Assembly: GCA_040954595.2 (NCBI GenBank)
Contig: CM082591.2
Span: 6,346,266-6,410,265 of the forward strand
Source of the DNA: Balanoglossus misakiensis
Taxonomy: Eukaryota > Animalia > Hemichordata
Length of the DNA stretch: 64,000 nucleotides
Reading direction: 5' to 3'
A program made the translations under genes and the position numbers. Positions 28,839 to 41,945 of this stretch are shown piece by piece (position 1 is the first letter of the stretch; each line of letters begins with the position of its first letter). Under the pieces are notes generated by a model that worked only from the letters and a program-made list of their open reading frames with translations, was not told the origin of the DNA and made no database searches.

Positions 28839-28944
28839 CTAGCAGTGGAAATGCAGCTGTACCGTGGGGCGTGGGCGATATGCTGTCCATGGGGTAATCA
28901 GCTTACCCCCCCCCCCCCCATGGTACAGCTGCGTTTCCACAGCT
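28839..28944. repeat. Hairpin/MITE-like inverted repeat
   Basis: tagcagtggaaatgcagctgtaccgtgggg...ccccatggtacagctgcgtttccacagcta. Confidence 0.6.
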
Positions 28945-31552
28945 ATGCAGTATTGAACAACTCATGATTGTAAGCGGTTGTCGTTTATCTGATCAAATTT
29001 TCTTAGACTGATCATGCCATAGACAACTTGCAAAACTGTACTTGTAAAATTATTTGAAGGTACTTCTTGTAATATCATTTAAAGACATTGATATTTTTAA
29101 AAATCTTAATATAAACCGAATATCTTAATAAGTGTTTGATATATTGTCATATGTTTAAGCTTATGGTGATACTTCTAGAAATATTGTAAGTGACATATGC
29201 CAGTACCTGAATATTCTAAAATGGTTTATTTCTAAACAATTTGGGCAAAATCTTTTCAGAATTACAGGGTTAGTTTTGATTCACCAGTACTATTCCCACA
29301 TTTGTCTTAAACTTTGTTACTGGTATATCAATGCATTTTACTTTAGATAAATAACCTTTATAGGAATACACATGACGAATCTGACATATTTTATGAAACA
29401 AATGTTTGATTTAAAGGGACAGTGCCTAACTTAGGTTGTTATTTTGGATACATTTGTTTGTTTTGAGTCGATGCTTGTTTGTGTTGACTTGCAAACTTGT
29501 GTAGGTTTAAAACTCAAGTAACTAACTTTGGGCTTATTTTCAAGTATTTTTGTCTTTTGATGTCAATTGTGGTTTCTAGTTCTGCTCTGTAGAACATGAT
29601 GAAAAAGTTCTCAGAAATTAGTTTTACAACACAGCACTTCTGTATTGTAGAGACTTAAATTCATCGGTCGACAATAACAAGTAAATGTTTTCAGACGGTG
29701 AATGCACCCTGGGTCTATGGTACAACTTTTTCCTTTCAATTCAATATATTATATTTCATACGTGTCTTTACTTTTACTCAGGACTCTGTTACTTGTATAC
29801 GATTTTTACGTGAAGGGTTTGTAAAGATCTTTTTGCAGATATAATTTAAGAAAAAAATACTTTGGTATTTTACAAGATATGGAAAATAAAAACAACTTTA
29901 TTATCACGTTACGTGCGTTGAAGTTCCTCATTACAAATATACATGTACATCAACATAAACAGTGTGTTGAATCAAACATAATTAATTGAAAAAGGGAAGC
30001 GAGAGAGAGACTTTGTCCCTTTACTCGAAACATGTGAACTTTTACCAGTCTAGAGGATTCCAAATATAACGTACTTTTAAACTCGCATTCGGATCAATAG
30101 TTCCCTCTAAACCATTTACATCCATTAGCAAAAGTAGCGAAATCGTGTCTCGTGCCTGTCGACGATTTGTTTGTAAAAGAGAAATAAAATCTCTAAAATT
30201 AATTCTGAAAGATGTACAAATGTTTGACACATGATTTGTTTTGGACGTCCAATACATCAATAGAAAGTAACCACAGTGAATTCGAATTGTCTCTTAGTCA
30301 CGTTTTCCAGTTGAACAATTTATCATACACCGTGGGAATGGCGATTTTCCAAAAAATCTGTCGCTCACACAAGGGTCACTAAGCGCCCTATTCCTAATGT
30401 ACTTTTATGTGTATGTATACACTGCATAGCTGTGGTGTTCTCACAGATTAAGGTAGTATGCTCATCGAAAATAAAAGTCTTAAACGTTTCCCTCATGTTT
30501 TATACTCATGGCAGCTTTAAATCATTCTCTCTTAATAAAATTGAGATCATTGTAAGTATAATATTTGCAGAAAAGCGCTAGCCACTTCGAAAACAAATTA
30601 CACAATAACGTTATATTTAAAAAAAAGTAAAAGAACTCACTCATAGGTAAATGTTTTTGCTTCGCGATTTTCACACAACCGTCGTCTTTCTGTCATCTGT
30701 AGCCATAGTAACAGCATTGCGACAGTGTTTATAGAACGGCGAACTGTTCAAAACGCGTCACATTTTTGAGTTTTCAATCTCGAATTATCGCCAGAATAGG
30801 CCTACAGTCTAGACTATACTGCAGTTTGTTGACGCATTCGTTTTATACAAAATGAGAACAACGTTTCGATCTATTATCCCCTCTGGGAACGTTTATAGTG
30901 TTTATACTGTTATTGTTGGTCGAAATGTCCTCAATATTGCATATTTAGCAAAAGAATTGTTGCACCTGGCCCCTCAGGTTTGTTGAAATAACCGTCTATC
31001 ATCACCAGTTTAAGTGGACCGGCCTTTGTCGTGCAGTCTATATAAGTATCTGTCACCGCCGATTGGACAACAGTTGTCGTTTGGAAGAAAGGTTCTGCAA
31101 TAGTTACTCGCTGGACGGCCGCACTTTCAAATCTGTAAAAATTCACCCGTTTTGGTATAAAGTCGAACGAATAGGTAAGTAGATACGATCACTACCAACA
31201 ATTATAAACATGAAAATAATAAGTTTATCGTATCTTGGTTTGTACATATCGACATAGAGGTTTAGGCAGCAAAAATCCCGCTTATTTATTTTTAGTTTCG
31301 TTATTTTAAAAATTATTTATATTAGTTTAAAAAAAGTTTACAGAATTTTCACTTTCGGTAATAAATTACTTAAAATAGGAAATATGTTGCTGGAAAACAT
31401 ATTTTCATTTGATTTCGTGGATTTAATGCATATTTGCCTTTAGTGAACGCTGTGAGTATTGTATCTACATGATGCAAAAATTATTTTTGATGTACAGTAT
31501 GTTGGAGTCACGAATGAAAATTTAAAATAATTTCGGCCTTTGCCGACCCAAG

Positions 31553-33842
31553 ATATACAAGCACAGGTTTTCCATATGCATGTGTTTGTTACAGAATTTG
31601 TATCAGAATGTCGTCTCTGTGATTGGACGGATTTGGAAAGTTGCTCAAAGTCTGAAGAAGAGGAAACGTGTGCAGATACCTCGGTAAGGCCAGTTCAATT
31701 TAAGAACACAAATTTAAGACAAAAAAACCTTAATAGTAAACCCTAATGGAAAAGTGAGTCAATCAGCATTTGCGCAATACAAGTTCAGTGGCTATGGTTC
31801 CCCTTTTAATGAAATGCAGAAGGAAACGACAAATGACAAAACAAGTGGAACATTTTTTCACTACCCGAAAAATCATCAAAGTTATCAACATCTGAGTTAT
31901 AATGGAGAGAGTTCCTTGTCCTTGTTTGCAATGTCAGTAGTTTATTTATTCTCCCAAACCCTAATTAAATAACGTAGACTATACTAATACCACATTTGGG
32001 AATAAATTCTGATTGAGAAAACATTTCATCTATTGTTGCCACTATTAAAATACCTGCAAATGTAAGTAGCATAAATTCCATTTGTGCAGACGAACATATG
32101 TGGGCGAAAAATCAAATAATATGTCGTCAACGGTCTGATACCTATAGGCCTACACATTTTTTTTAAATTCTAAGCACAGTGCCTCTATAGCATATATTTT
32201 ACATCTCGCTTTGTGTGACTATTCTTTTTTGGCACAAGCGGATCGAAACACATATTTGATTACAGTCAGTGAAAATTCCATGACTGTTTGCTACATTCCC
32301 GTTCGTTCATGTCACTACATGTGACCATATTGAATACACAATTGCAACTATAATAGGACTAAAAGCTGATTAAAATGACATTTCAGTCTTCTATTTTCTT
32401 TCAAAAGTCCAATACTCAAATATTTATGTTGCAATTTTTCTGACCATATCAGTACATAGAAAGAACAGTTTTCACTATTGGTTGCTTGGAAACAATACAG
32501 CGAAAACTGTATAGCGCCGACGTCAGTTTTAGTTTTCATATTGCATACTTCTATACAGATTACCATTTTTTTCCAATTTTGTTATGGTAGTGGTCTGGTA
32601 GATATCACCACGAGAGTGGAATACTAAGGGTTTATTAGTCTGAGATACTACTGTAACAACTGACAGAGAGGGAAAAGATAGACACTTTCAATCTGCGTCA
32701 AATTGATGTTATTTCATCTTCAAGGATTGCAGTTTGTGATGGGAAACATTACTTAGTATACAAACATTAAGAAAGAAATTGGGATATTTGCGAAAACCCG
32801 TGAAAATATAAATCATGAGGAAGTATGAACATATTCGATATACTAGTAGTCACTGCGTGCAAAGCTCAAATATCATTGTTCGTTCAGTTTCCACTTAGAA
32901 ATCACATTTCGACTGCTCTGTATGCGTACATTTTGTTGAACAGTACCGAGGCAAAAAATTACAAACTGTTAATGTACTATTCACCGCCATCACTGACAAA
33001 AGCAACGGTTACTAGATATCAGACCAGAGTGTAAAGGACGAATTGAAAAGGAAACATTAGAACAGTTTGTTTGTATGATGTGTTGTATTTCTGGAATACC
33101 TCACACCGACGTCACACATGCCACATCGACAAAACGTTCACTCTCTTTAGGACGCCGAAGACTGTTATCAGTTAGCAATTTTGTTCTCCATCATTGTTTG
33201 TGTGTAAAATATGACGTTAAACGACCTGTCTTAATAGCAAACTCTTTTAGGCGGTCGTTTGGTCAGCAATTGGACTTTCCAGGGAGTCCCGGTAAAATGT
33301 TTTAGCCGCAAGACATCAAATTTTTTCCACAATTTAGTCGAGAGAGCGGGTGTCGTGCGGAGGCAACCAGCTGATGTTGAACAATTCCCCCACCCACTCA
33401 TTCCACTCGAATCTCTCACATCGTCAGAACCTACTATGATAATGTATTTGTCGATCTGTTCGCAATTTTACTTACAAAAATGCATTACGTGTAAATGAAA
33501 GCTAATAAATGCTTGTGGGTCGTCATACACAGGTATACGTGTTTCTTTTTCTGAGCAGCCAGCGTGTACATGTTCTAAAATAAAACCCATTTGTGTATAC
33601 CATGTGAGAGTCAAGCCGAACAGAGTACGTCGAATATACAGGCGTTGAAATCTTGAACATTCGGGCATATTCCTTGATATCAGTAACGAATATTTATTAG
33701 CCTACATTCCGCAACCTATTTTCCTAATTTCCTAATATTCTTCGAATCAAATAAGAATGAACGACTCAAAAAATTGACTGAGTAACTTCCTATTCTCTAC
33801 ATAAGACAAATTTCAATACGAAATGTGTACCTTCTCGAACCC

Positions 33843-33888
<46 letters not shown>

Positions 33889-34356
33889 GCAGACATGAAG
33901 ATTGCCGGCTTTCTTTTGCTCGTTGCTATTGCAACACAAACCGAAGCCAAAAAGGTAATACTCAGTAATATTTTGCGGCACTTTTTCACAATATCTTTCC
34001 TGTGAACCGACAACGTGTGTGCCGAAGCAGATGACTCTCATTTCGAATGATATATGTATGCATTCGAGAATGGTTGGAAATTTTACTGGAGCTATCATGT
34101 CCATACCAATCCATTGTGATGTGTTCATTGTAGCATTTGTTTTTTTCAGATATTACACGATTTGTGAGTAACGGACATTGAACTTTTTTTACATTTCGCA
34201 GGGCGGTAAACATGGACAAGTTGACGGTTAGTGCAGACACTTCTATTAGTCTCCCAATTGATGTAAGACGAGCAGACGGCTGATAAACCACAGATACAAA
34301 TCTTATCTTTTGCCACAGACCAACAGACAAACATACAGAGAGAGAGAGAGAGAGAC

Positions 34357-34387
<31 letters not shown>

Positions 34388-36690
34388 CGCGTCGGGCGCA
34401 ATATACAAGCACAGGTTTTCCATATGCATGTGTTTGTTACAGAATTTGTATCAGAATGTCGTCTCTGTGATTGGACGGATTTGGAAAGTTGCTCAAAGTC
34501 TGAAGAAGAGGAAACGTGTGCAGATACCTCGGTAAGGCCAGTTCAATTTAAGAACACAAATTTAAGACAAAAAAACCTTAATAGTAAACCCTAATGGAAA
34601 AGTGAGTCAATCAGCATTTGCGCAATACAAGTTCAGTGGCTATGGTTCCCCTTTTAATGAAATGCAGAAGGAAACGACAAATGACAAAACAAGTGGAACA
34701 TTTTTTCACTACCCGAAAAATCATCAAAGTTATCAACATCTGAGTTATAATGGAGAGAGTTCCTTGTCCTTGTTTGCAATGTCAGTAGTTTATTTATTCT
34801 CCCAAACCCTAATTAAATAACGTAGACTATACTAATACCACATTTGGGAATAAATTCTGATTGAGAAAACATTTCATCTATTGTTGCCACTATTAAAATA
34901 CCTGCAAATGTAAGTAGCATAAATTCCATTTGTGCAGACGAACATATGTGGGCGAAAAATCAAATAATATGTCGTCAACGGTCTGATACCTATAGGCCTA
35001 CACATTTTTTTTAAATTCTAAGCACAGTGCCTCTATAGCATATATTTTACATCTCGCTTTGTGTGACTATTCTTTTTTGGCACAAGCGGATCGAAACACA
35101 TATTTGATTACAGTCAGTGAAAATTCCATGACTGTTTGCTACATTCCCGTTCGTTCATGTCACTACATGTGACCATATTGAATACACAATTGCAACTATA
35201 ATAGGACTAAAAGCTGATTAAAATGACATTTCAGTCTTCTATTTTCTTTCAAAAGTCCAATACTCAAATATTTATGTTGCAATTTTTCTGACCATATCAG
35301 TACATAGAAAGAACAGTTTTCACTATTGGTTGCTTGGAAACAATACAGCGAAAACTGTATAGCGCCGACGTCAGTTTTAGTTTTCATATTGCATACTTCT
35401 ATACAGATTACCATTTTTTTCCAATTTTGTTATGGTAGTGGTCTGGTAGATATCACCACGAGAGTGGAATACTAAGGGTTTATTAGTCTGAGATACTACT
35501 GTAACAACTGACAGAGAGGGAAAAGATAGACACTTTCAATCTGCGTCAAATTGATGTTATTTCATCTTCAAGGATTGCAGTTTGTGATGGGAAACATTAC
35601 TTAGTATACAAACATTAAGAAAGAAATTGGGATATTTGCGAAAACCCGTGAAAATATAAATCATGAGGAAGTATGAACATATTCGATATACTAGTAGTCA
35701 CTGCGTGCAAAGCTCAAATATCATTGTTCGTTCAGTTTCCACTTAGAAATCACATTTCGACTGCTCTGTATGCGTACATTTTGTTGAACAGTACCGAGGC
35801 AAAAAATTACAAACTGTTAATGTACTATTCACCGCCATCACTGACAAAAGCAACGGTTACTAGATATCAGACCAGAGTGTAAAGGACGAATTGAAAAGGA
35901 AACATTAGAACAGTTTGTTTGTATGATGTGTTGTATTTCTGGAATACCTCACACCGACGTCACACATGCCACATCGACAAAACGTTCACTCTCTTTAGGA
36001 CGCCGAAGACTGTTATCAGTTAGCAATTTTGTTCTCCATCATTGTTTGTGTGTAAAATATGACGTTAAACGACCTGTCTTAATAGCAAACTCTTTTAGGC
36101 GGTCGTTTGGTCAGCAATTGGACTTTCCAGGGAGTCCCGGTAAAATGTTTTAGCCGCAAGACATCAAATTTTTTCCACAATTTAGTCGAGAGAGCGGGTG
36201 TCGTGCGGAGGCAACCAGCTGATGTTGAACAATTCCCCCACCCACTCATTCCACTCGAATCTCTCACATCGTCAGAACCTACTATGATAATGTATTTGTC
36301 GATCTGTTCGCAATTTTACTTACAAAAATGCATTACGTGTAAATGAAAGCTAATAAATGCTTGTGGGTCGTCATACACAGGTATACGTGTTTCTTTTTCT
36401 GAGCAGCCAGCGTGTACATGTTCTAAAATAAAACCCATTTGTGTATACCATGTGAGAGTCAAGCCGAACAGAGTACGTCGAATATACAGGCGTTGAAATC
36501 TTGAACATTCGGGCATATTCCTTGATATCAGTAACGAATATTTATTAGCCTACATTCCGCAACCTATTTTCCTAATTTCCTAATATTCTTCGAATCAAAT
36601 AAGAATGAACGACTCAAAAAATTGACTGAGTAACTTCCTATTCTCTACATAAGACAAATTTCAATACGAAATGTGTACCTTCTCGAACCC

Positions 36691-36728
<38 letters not shown>

Positions 36729-37196
36729 GCAGACATGAAGATTGCCGGCTTTCTTTTGCTCGTTGCTATTGCAACACAAACCGAAGCCAAAAAGGTAATA
36801 CTCAGTAATATTTTGCGGCACTTTTTCACAATATCTTTCCTGTGAACCGACAACGTGTGTGCCGAAGCAGATGACTCTCATTTCGAATGATATATGTATG
36901 CATTCGAGAATGGTTGGAAATTTTACTGGAGCTATCATGTCCATACCAATCCATTGTGATGTGTTCATTGTAGCATTTGTTTTTTTCAGATATTACACGA
37001 TTTGTGAGTAACGGACATTGAACTTTTTTTACATTTCGCAGGGCGGTAAACATGGACAAGTTGACGGTTAGTGCAGACACTTCTATTAGTCTCCCAATTG
37101 ATGTAAGACGAGCAGACGGCTGATAAACCACAGATACAAATCTTATCTTTTGCCACAGACCAACAGACAAACATACAGAGAGAGAGAGAGAGAGAC

Positions 37197-37227
<31 letters not shown>

Positions 37228-37607
37228 CGCGTCGGGCGCAATATACAAGCACAGGTTTTCCATATGCATGTGTTTGTTACAGAATTTGTATCAGAATGTC
37301 GTCTCTGTGATTGGACGGATTTGGAAAGTTGCTCAAAGTCTGAAGAAGAGGAAACGTGTGCAGATACCTCGGTAAGGCCAGTTCAATTTAAGAACACAAA
37401 TTTAAGACAAAAAAACCTTAATAGTAAACCCTAATGGAAAAGTGAGTCAATCAGCATTTGCGCAATACAAGTTCAGTGGCTATGGTTCCCCTTTTAATGA
37501 AATGCAGAAGGAAACGACAAATGACAAAACAAGTGGAACATTTTTTCACTACCCGAAAAATCATCAAAGTTATCAACATCTGAGTTATAATGGAGAGAGT
37601 TCCTTGT
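31553..37607. repeat. Near-identical tandem segmental repeat (2848 + 2840 + 367 bp)
   Basis: Units 31553-34400, 34401-37240 and partial 37241-37607. The ORF track repeats identically, and the visible difference is an 8 bp shorter (CT)n tract. Confidence 0.97.
33895..34531 (+). pseudogene. Duplicated 5' exons of the Ly6/uPAR-like gene (signal exon, 25 nt exon, first Cys exon)
   Basis: 33895-33954, 34202-34226 and 34443-34531 match the downstream copy. An orphan Cys exon also lies at 31595-31683. These may be alternative rather than dead exons. Confidence 0.6.
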
Positions 37608-38046
37608 TCTGGACTGACTTTTCGGGGCTCTTACAGAGTAATCCCGATTTATATAAGAATTCTTTCTGACACGTACAGGTGTGCACAACGCGCTACAGAC
37701 TGATCGGTGATGGTCTCATGCAAGTGAAGAAGGGATGTAAAAATGTGAACGTAAGACACTTCTCGAAATATGATTTCACATCACGGGTCGATTTTCTCCT
37801 CTAACGGGACTTTTTTATTATTTGAAATTAAAATATACCATCGCGAAGATACATTCAATATAATCATATAGACTTAATGCAAAATATTTTGAAATAACCC
37901 CAAATATTACATCATCATGAGCGACTTTGTATTATAAACAAACCAACTGTTGGTTTCTTCAAAACTTGTGATATTAGTATAATCACCATGTATTAATGCA
38001 TTTATGCTATATCATCTCATCTTGTTCATGTCTTCGCATTTGTTTC

Positions 38047-38095
<49 letters not shown>

Positions 38096-39739
38096 TGTCC
38101 CCCCTCTCTCCACATCTTCCAACAGTGGGCATTGAACCAGCCACAATGCGAGGACACCATGAACGACAACGGCGAATTTGTCGTCGGCGAACCTTGTCTA
38201 ACCATCTGTGACGAGCACATGTGTAACTCTCAAGACATGCCAGTTATCAAGGGTCCAACCAGTAGGTGCAATGCATTAACATCTGAGTGACATAACACAC
38301 CCATTAAACACAGAAAATTTTCAAATATTTTCATGTTTTATAAGATTGGAAAACATTTCAATTTACTTATCCTGCATATTTTAGGTGCATATTATACATA
38401 TTTACTGTCACTCTTTTCACAATGCAAATTCAGCTTCCGTAACTTTTCAAACTTGAAAATCACAAATTAATATGTCCATAGACTTCAATTGAGAGACAAG
38501 TTGACGTTGGTGAAAAGGTGGTGATAGTGGTCAAATAGCTTAACCTCTTAAAAGTATACGCTTACCGAGAATTTACCTACGCCCATATATGGCTGAAATG
38601 GCGTATTTGAGCGTTCTAAAGAACATATGGTTTCTCCACTGATTGGCTAGATCTCAATTTGCCATGGTAACTATAGCTAAGTTTCCGTAGGTGACCATAT
38701 ACCTTCAAGCGAAACCCAACTAAATGAGTGGGTATTCATTATTGCCAGTGATTAAGAGGTTCAATGATTCCACATTGATTTACAATTGTGCAGGTCGAAG
38801 TTGTTACCAGTGTGCGTATGGCGCCGACTCTGCGGACTGTGAAACCGCCTTGTGTCCTATGTCTGAGGTAAGCATATTACAACCATAGAGTTGAGGGCGC
38901 TTTCGGGTGTGAATAACATTTGATTTTATAGTATAACTGACAAATTTCGACGTTTTCAGGCTGCCTGTGCCACCCAGGTGAAATTCACCAAGACAGGGGA
39001 GAAACTGTACCAGTACCTATGCCACCAACAAACAGTAAGTATAAAACTGAATGATTCTTCGGATACTCAGCACAGGAGGGGGTAGTACGTATTGCATCAT
39101 AGTGCCTGTGTGAGGGCGCTTGACATGAGACTCTGAATTTGAAGGAGGGCAACCCCGGACATACAGGAAGTGAGCCATGACCTAGTGATTGTTCTTCTTG
39201 GTGTGTTCAGTTATGGCCGCGGCCATTTAAACTTGTCACTGTATATTTGTGTTGGCTGTATCTGCGTATTAAAGACCCTCATTTAGTTCACCCTCGGCTG
39301 TGTTATATATAGTAGGTGTCTGTAAGATCAGTTATTGTCAAGAGCAATGACTCGCGGCGATCACAGCAGATCTGTAATATATGGTCGATGTTTCTCACAA
39401 CTTAAAATCCATGTGTGAAGCTATTGAAACAATGTTATTAAAACTTTGGCGTGGGCACCTAAGTTTTTTGAATTCCTGAAACAGATGAATACGTTACAAC
39501 ATTGTGTCATGATTTGCATAGAATCCACCATCAAGGCCCTGCAATAAAGCATTAAGAAATAACTCATGCACTTTCTTGGACTTATTTCACAATCACAGTA
39601 TTGCCAACGGAACTTCGTGCGCAAGAACCATCGCAACTGCGGCTCCAGTCCCGCAGAGGCCAGCGGAGTTCCAACAAGCAGAGTCTGCAATTACTGCACC
39701 TCTGATGTGGATGAGGATAACAGCAACCCCGGCATGTAA
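36735..39739 (+). CDS. Secreted Cys-rich protein with two Ly6/uPAR (three-finger)-like domains, about 223 aa
   Basis: Exons: 36735-36794 (signal MKIAGFLLLVAIATQTEAKK), 37042-37066 (25 nt, restores phase), 37283-37371 (CRLC...C...C), 37679-37750 (VCTT...KKGC), 38126-38261 (...CLTICDEHMCN), 38794-38867 (SCYQC...), 38960-39034 and 39599-39739. Cys spacing and the CN end fit LU domains. Confidence 0.75.
38047..38094. repeat. (TCTG)n microsatellite
   Basis: Direct reading of the sequence. Confidence 0.95.
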
Positions 39740-40429
39740 CCCTGTGTCTTCCTTTTCAAAACGGTATGTCTAGATTTCCATTGATACCTCTTAGAATGTC
39801 TAACAGCTCCAATAGCTGCCAATTCTGGCTGCCTTAAATAGGTCTTTACTTCAATCTAGGGAGTCAAATCACATTATAATAATTGCATTCTGGGTAAAAG
39901 GTCGACAACTTACTGTAGTAAGAGATAGAAGAAATGAGAAGTTGACTGTATTTCATGACTTTCTTTGGTAAACAAATTCTGTCTTTGTAGTTAGCATATT
40001 AAACTCATTCAACTTTTTTCACATTTTATTTTTTTCTGTTACACTTTATAGCTTTTGAACTTCTATTTCTTAAACATTTTTGTACTTCTTGCAGATTCCA
40101 GCACGAAGCGAAGAGGTGCCGGACATATTATGAATAGCAAGCTTGATCGCCTTCACCTTTAAACTGTCGTAAAATTTCATGTATTATCCACGCTCATCTT
40201 TTGATTTTGATTTGACTTAGCGAAATCGTCTCCGAGACTGTTTACTACCATATTGGATTAAGTGTATATCCTCTGGCGGATTCTTGCCAACTGGTCATCG
40301 TTCTCCATTCTCATTTCAGTTTGCTTTCTGTTATGCCATTTTAATGTCATTTTGTTGCCGTTCGACCCAATAAACACACTTAAATGAAAGCTTTCGTTTC
40401 ACTCGTTAATTTGTGTTCTCCTTATTAGC

Positions 40430-41945
40430 ACCTTCTTCGTGAAGTTGGTGCTTAGGGTTTCAGGAAACCTCGAGCAAATAAGTATGAGCAGCTTTCCAAA
40501 AATCACATCTTCCTTTATACAATATGAGATAATCTTCATATTCCGCCTTCAACATCTTAGAAGTTTATACGGTGTTTCCAGCACCATGAGCATCGACTTG
40601 GAAATGATGGAGAAGTCATGATTTTCCTGACACGTTTTTGTTTGTACGACCCCCTTATGGTCCGAAGAGGACTTTGAGGTTCAGTTGGGTAAGCTATGAC
40701 GTTTTCGAGTCTTTGCGAACGGGTTGATTAACAAACCAAGCACGCTGATCATGACTGTGGCGTCGGGAACACAATTAGTTTACGGAAAAAGTTTTAGCAG
40801 CAATATTCAATGCACAGAGTAACTATAATCAAGAGAACATAATCACTGAAATTACATTCCTCGTTGAAGTTAAATAACAGTAACTTAAACTTCAGTTTAG
40901 ATAAGTAATAAAAATCATCAAAAAGAAACAAATAATGGTGATTTCTGGGTAGGAGTATATGAAATATTTGAGCCAACTGGGGCAGTTCCACGACAATGCC
41001 AGTGTTTCCGTACACTTTACAACAGATTGGCTGCTTCACTAGTGTTACGATTGTACTATACGAATGCATATAATTTAAATATCAGTGGTGGATGAACAAT
41101 AAGGGTGTACGTCATTAACATAGCGTTAGCTGTAGTAGCCGAACACCTGTGTATTTTGAATATTACGTAAGGGTTTTTGATTTTTGACTCTCGGTAACGG
41201 CAGTCAAGTGGCGTGAGCCGACCAGAAAACAGACAAGTTGTACTCGGCCATGAGCGACGGGGACTGGAATCTTGTAATCCACGTGGGAGCTCGGTGTTGA
41301 AGTTCAGCACGTCGGTATGTCCTGTTGGTTTGAATTCAGCGTTACTCTCGGACTTAAAATGCATGTCTACGCCAGCAACTGTAAGTGAAGTGAACCTGTT
41401 ACTTTCTTCTGAGAGGACTTCAGGAAAGAACTGTGTGAGAAAGCAGCACGCCAGCGTGAACCAGCGTCGGGTCGGTGCGGAGAACTCACGGAACACTGAA
41501 TTATCACGTCCGCTCACCACGTGTGTAATATTACCACGGAACTGATACAAGTTTCTTGAGGACATTACAATATTTCAGTAAGAACCCTAGTAACATTTAA
41601 GTTTCAGTGCTTGTACTATGATATTATTTTTCTTCCTGTGACAAATAGATTCGCAGTGAAACATATAACTTTGGGTGTTCAGTGTATCATTGTTGTTGCT
41701 GTCTGGGTGTTTGTGTTGCGAGTTTTTGGTTCGTAACATTAGTCATCCTGGTCTGACAGTAGAAGTCAGATGAACATGCATTATCTAAGAGTTTTCCTTG
41801 GTGGTGTTTGCGTTTTACACATCATAGGAAGTTTTGGTATTTATTCCTAAACCGCCTTGTCCTGCTTCGCAACAGCGTCCACTAAGTCCCTGTTTGTTAC
41901 GGGGGGATTGCGATAGAAATCTCTGTAGATTACCCGGATTTCCTG
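40430..41945 (-). pseudogene. Probable decayed multi-exon gene of unrecognised family
   Basis: Protein-like minus-strand blocks broken by stops and frameshifts: EIRVIYRDFYRNPPVTNRDLVDAV; FFPEVLSEE...GHTDVLNFNTELP/TWITRFQSPSLMAEYNLSVFWSAHAT*; GIVVELPQLAQIF; HFQVDAHGAGNTV*TSKMLKAEYEDYLILYKGRCDFG. Confidence 0.35.

Noticed and set aside
36990-37003. 14 nt micro-exon candidate in the Ly6-like gene
   Set aside because: It breaks phase and leaves a 38 bp intron; the 25 nt exon at 37042-37066 alone restores the frame.
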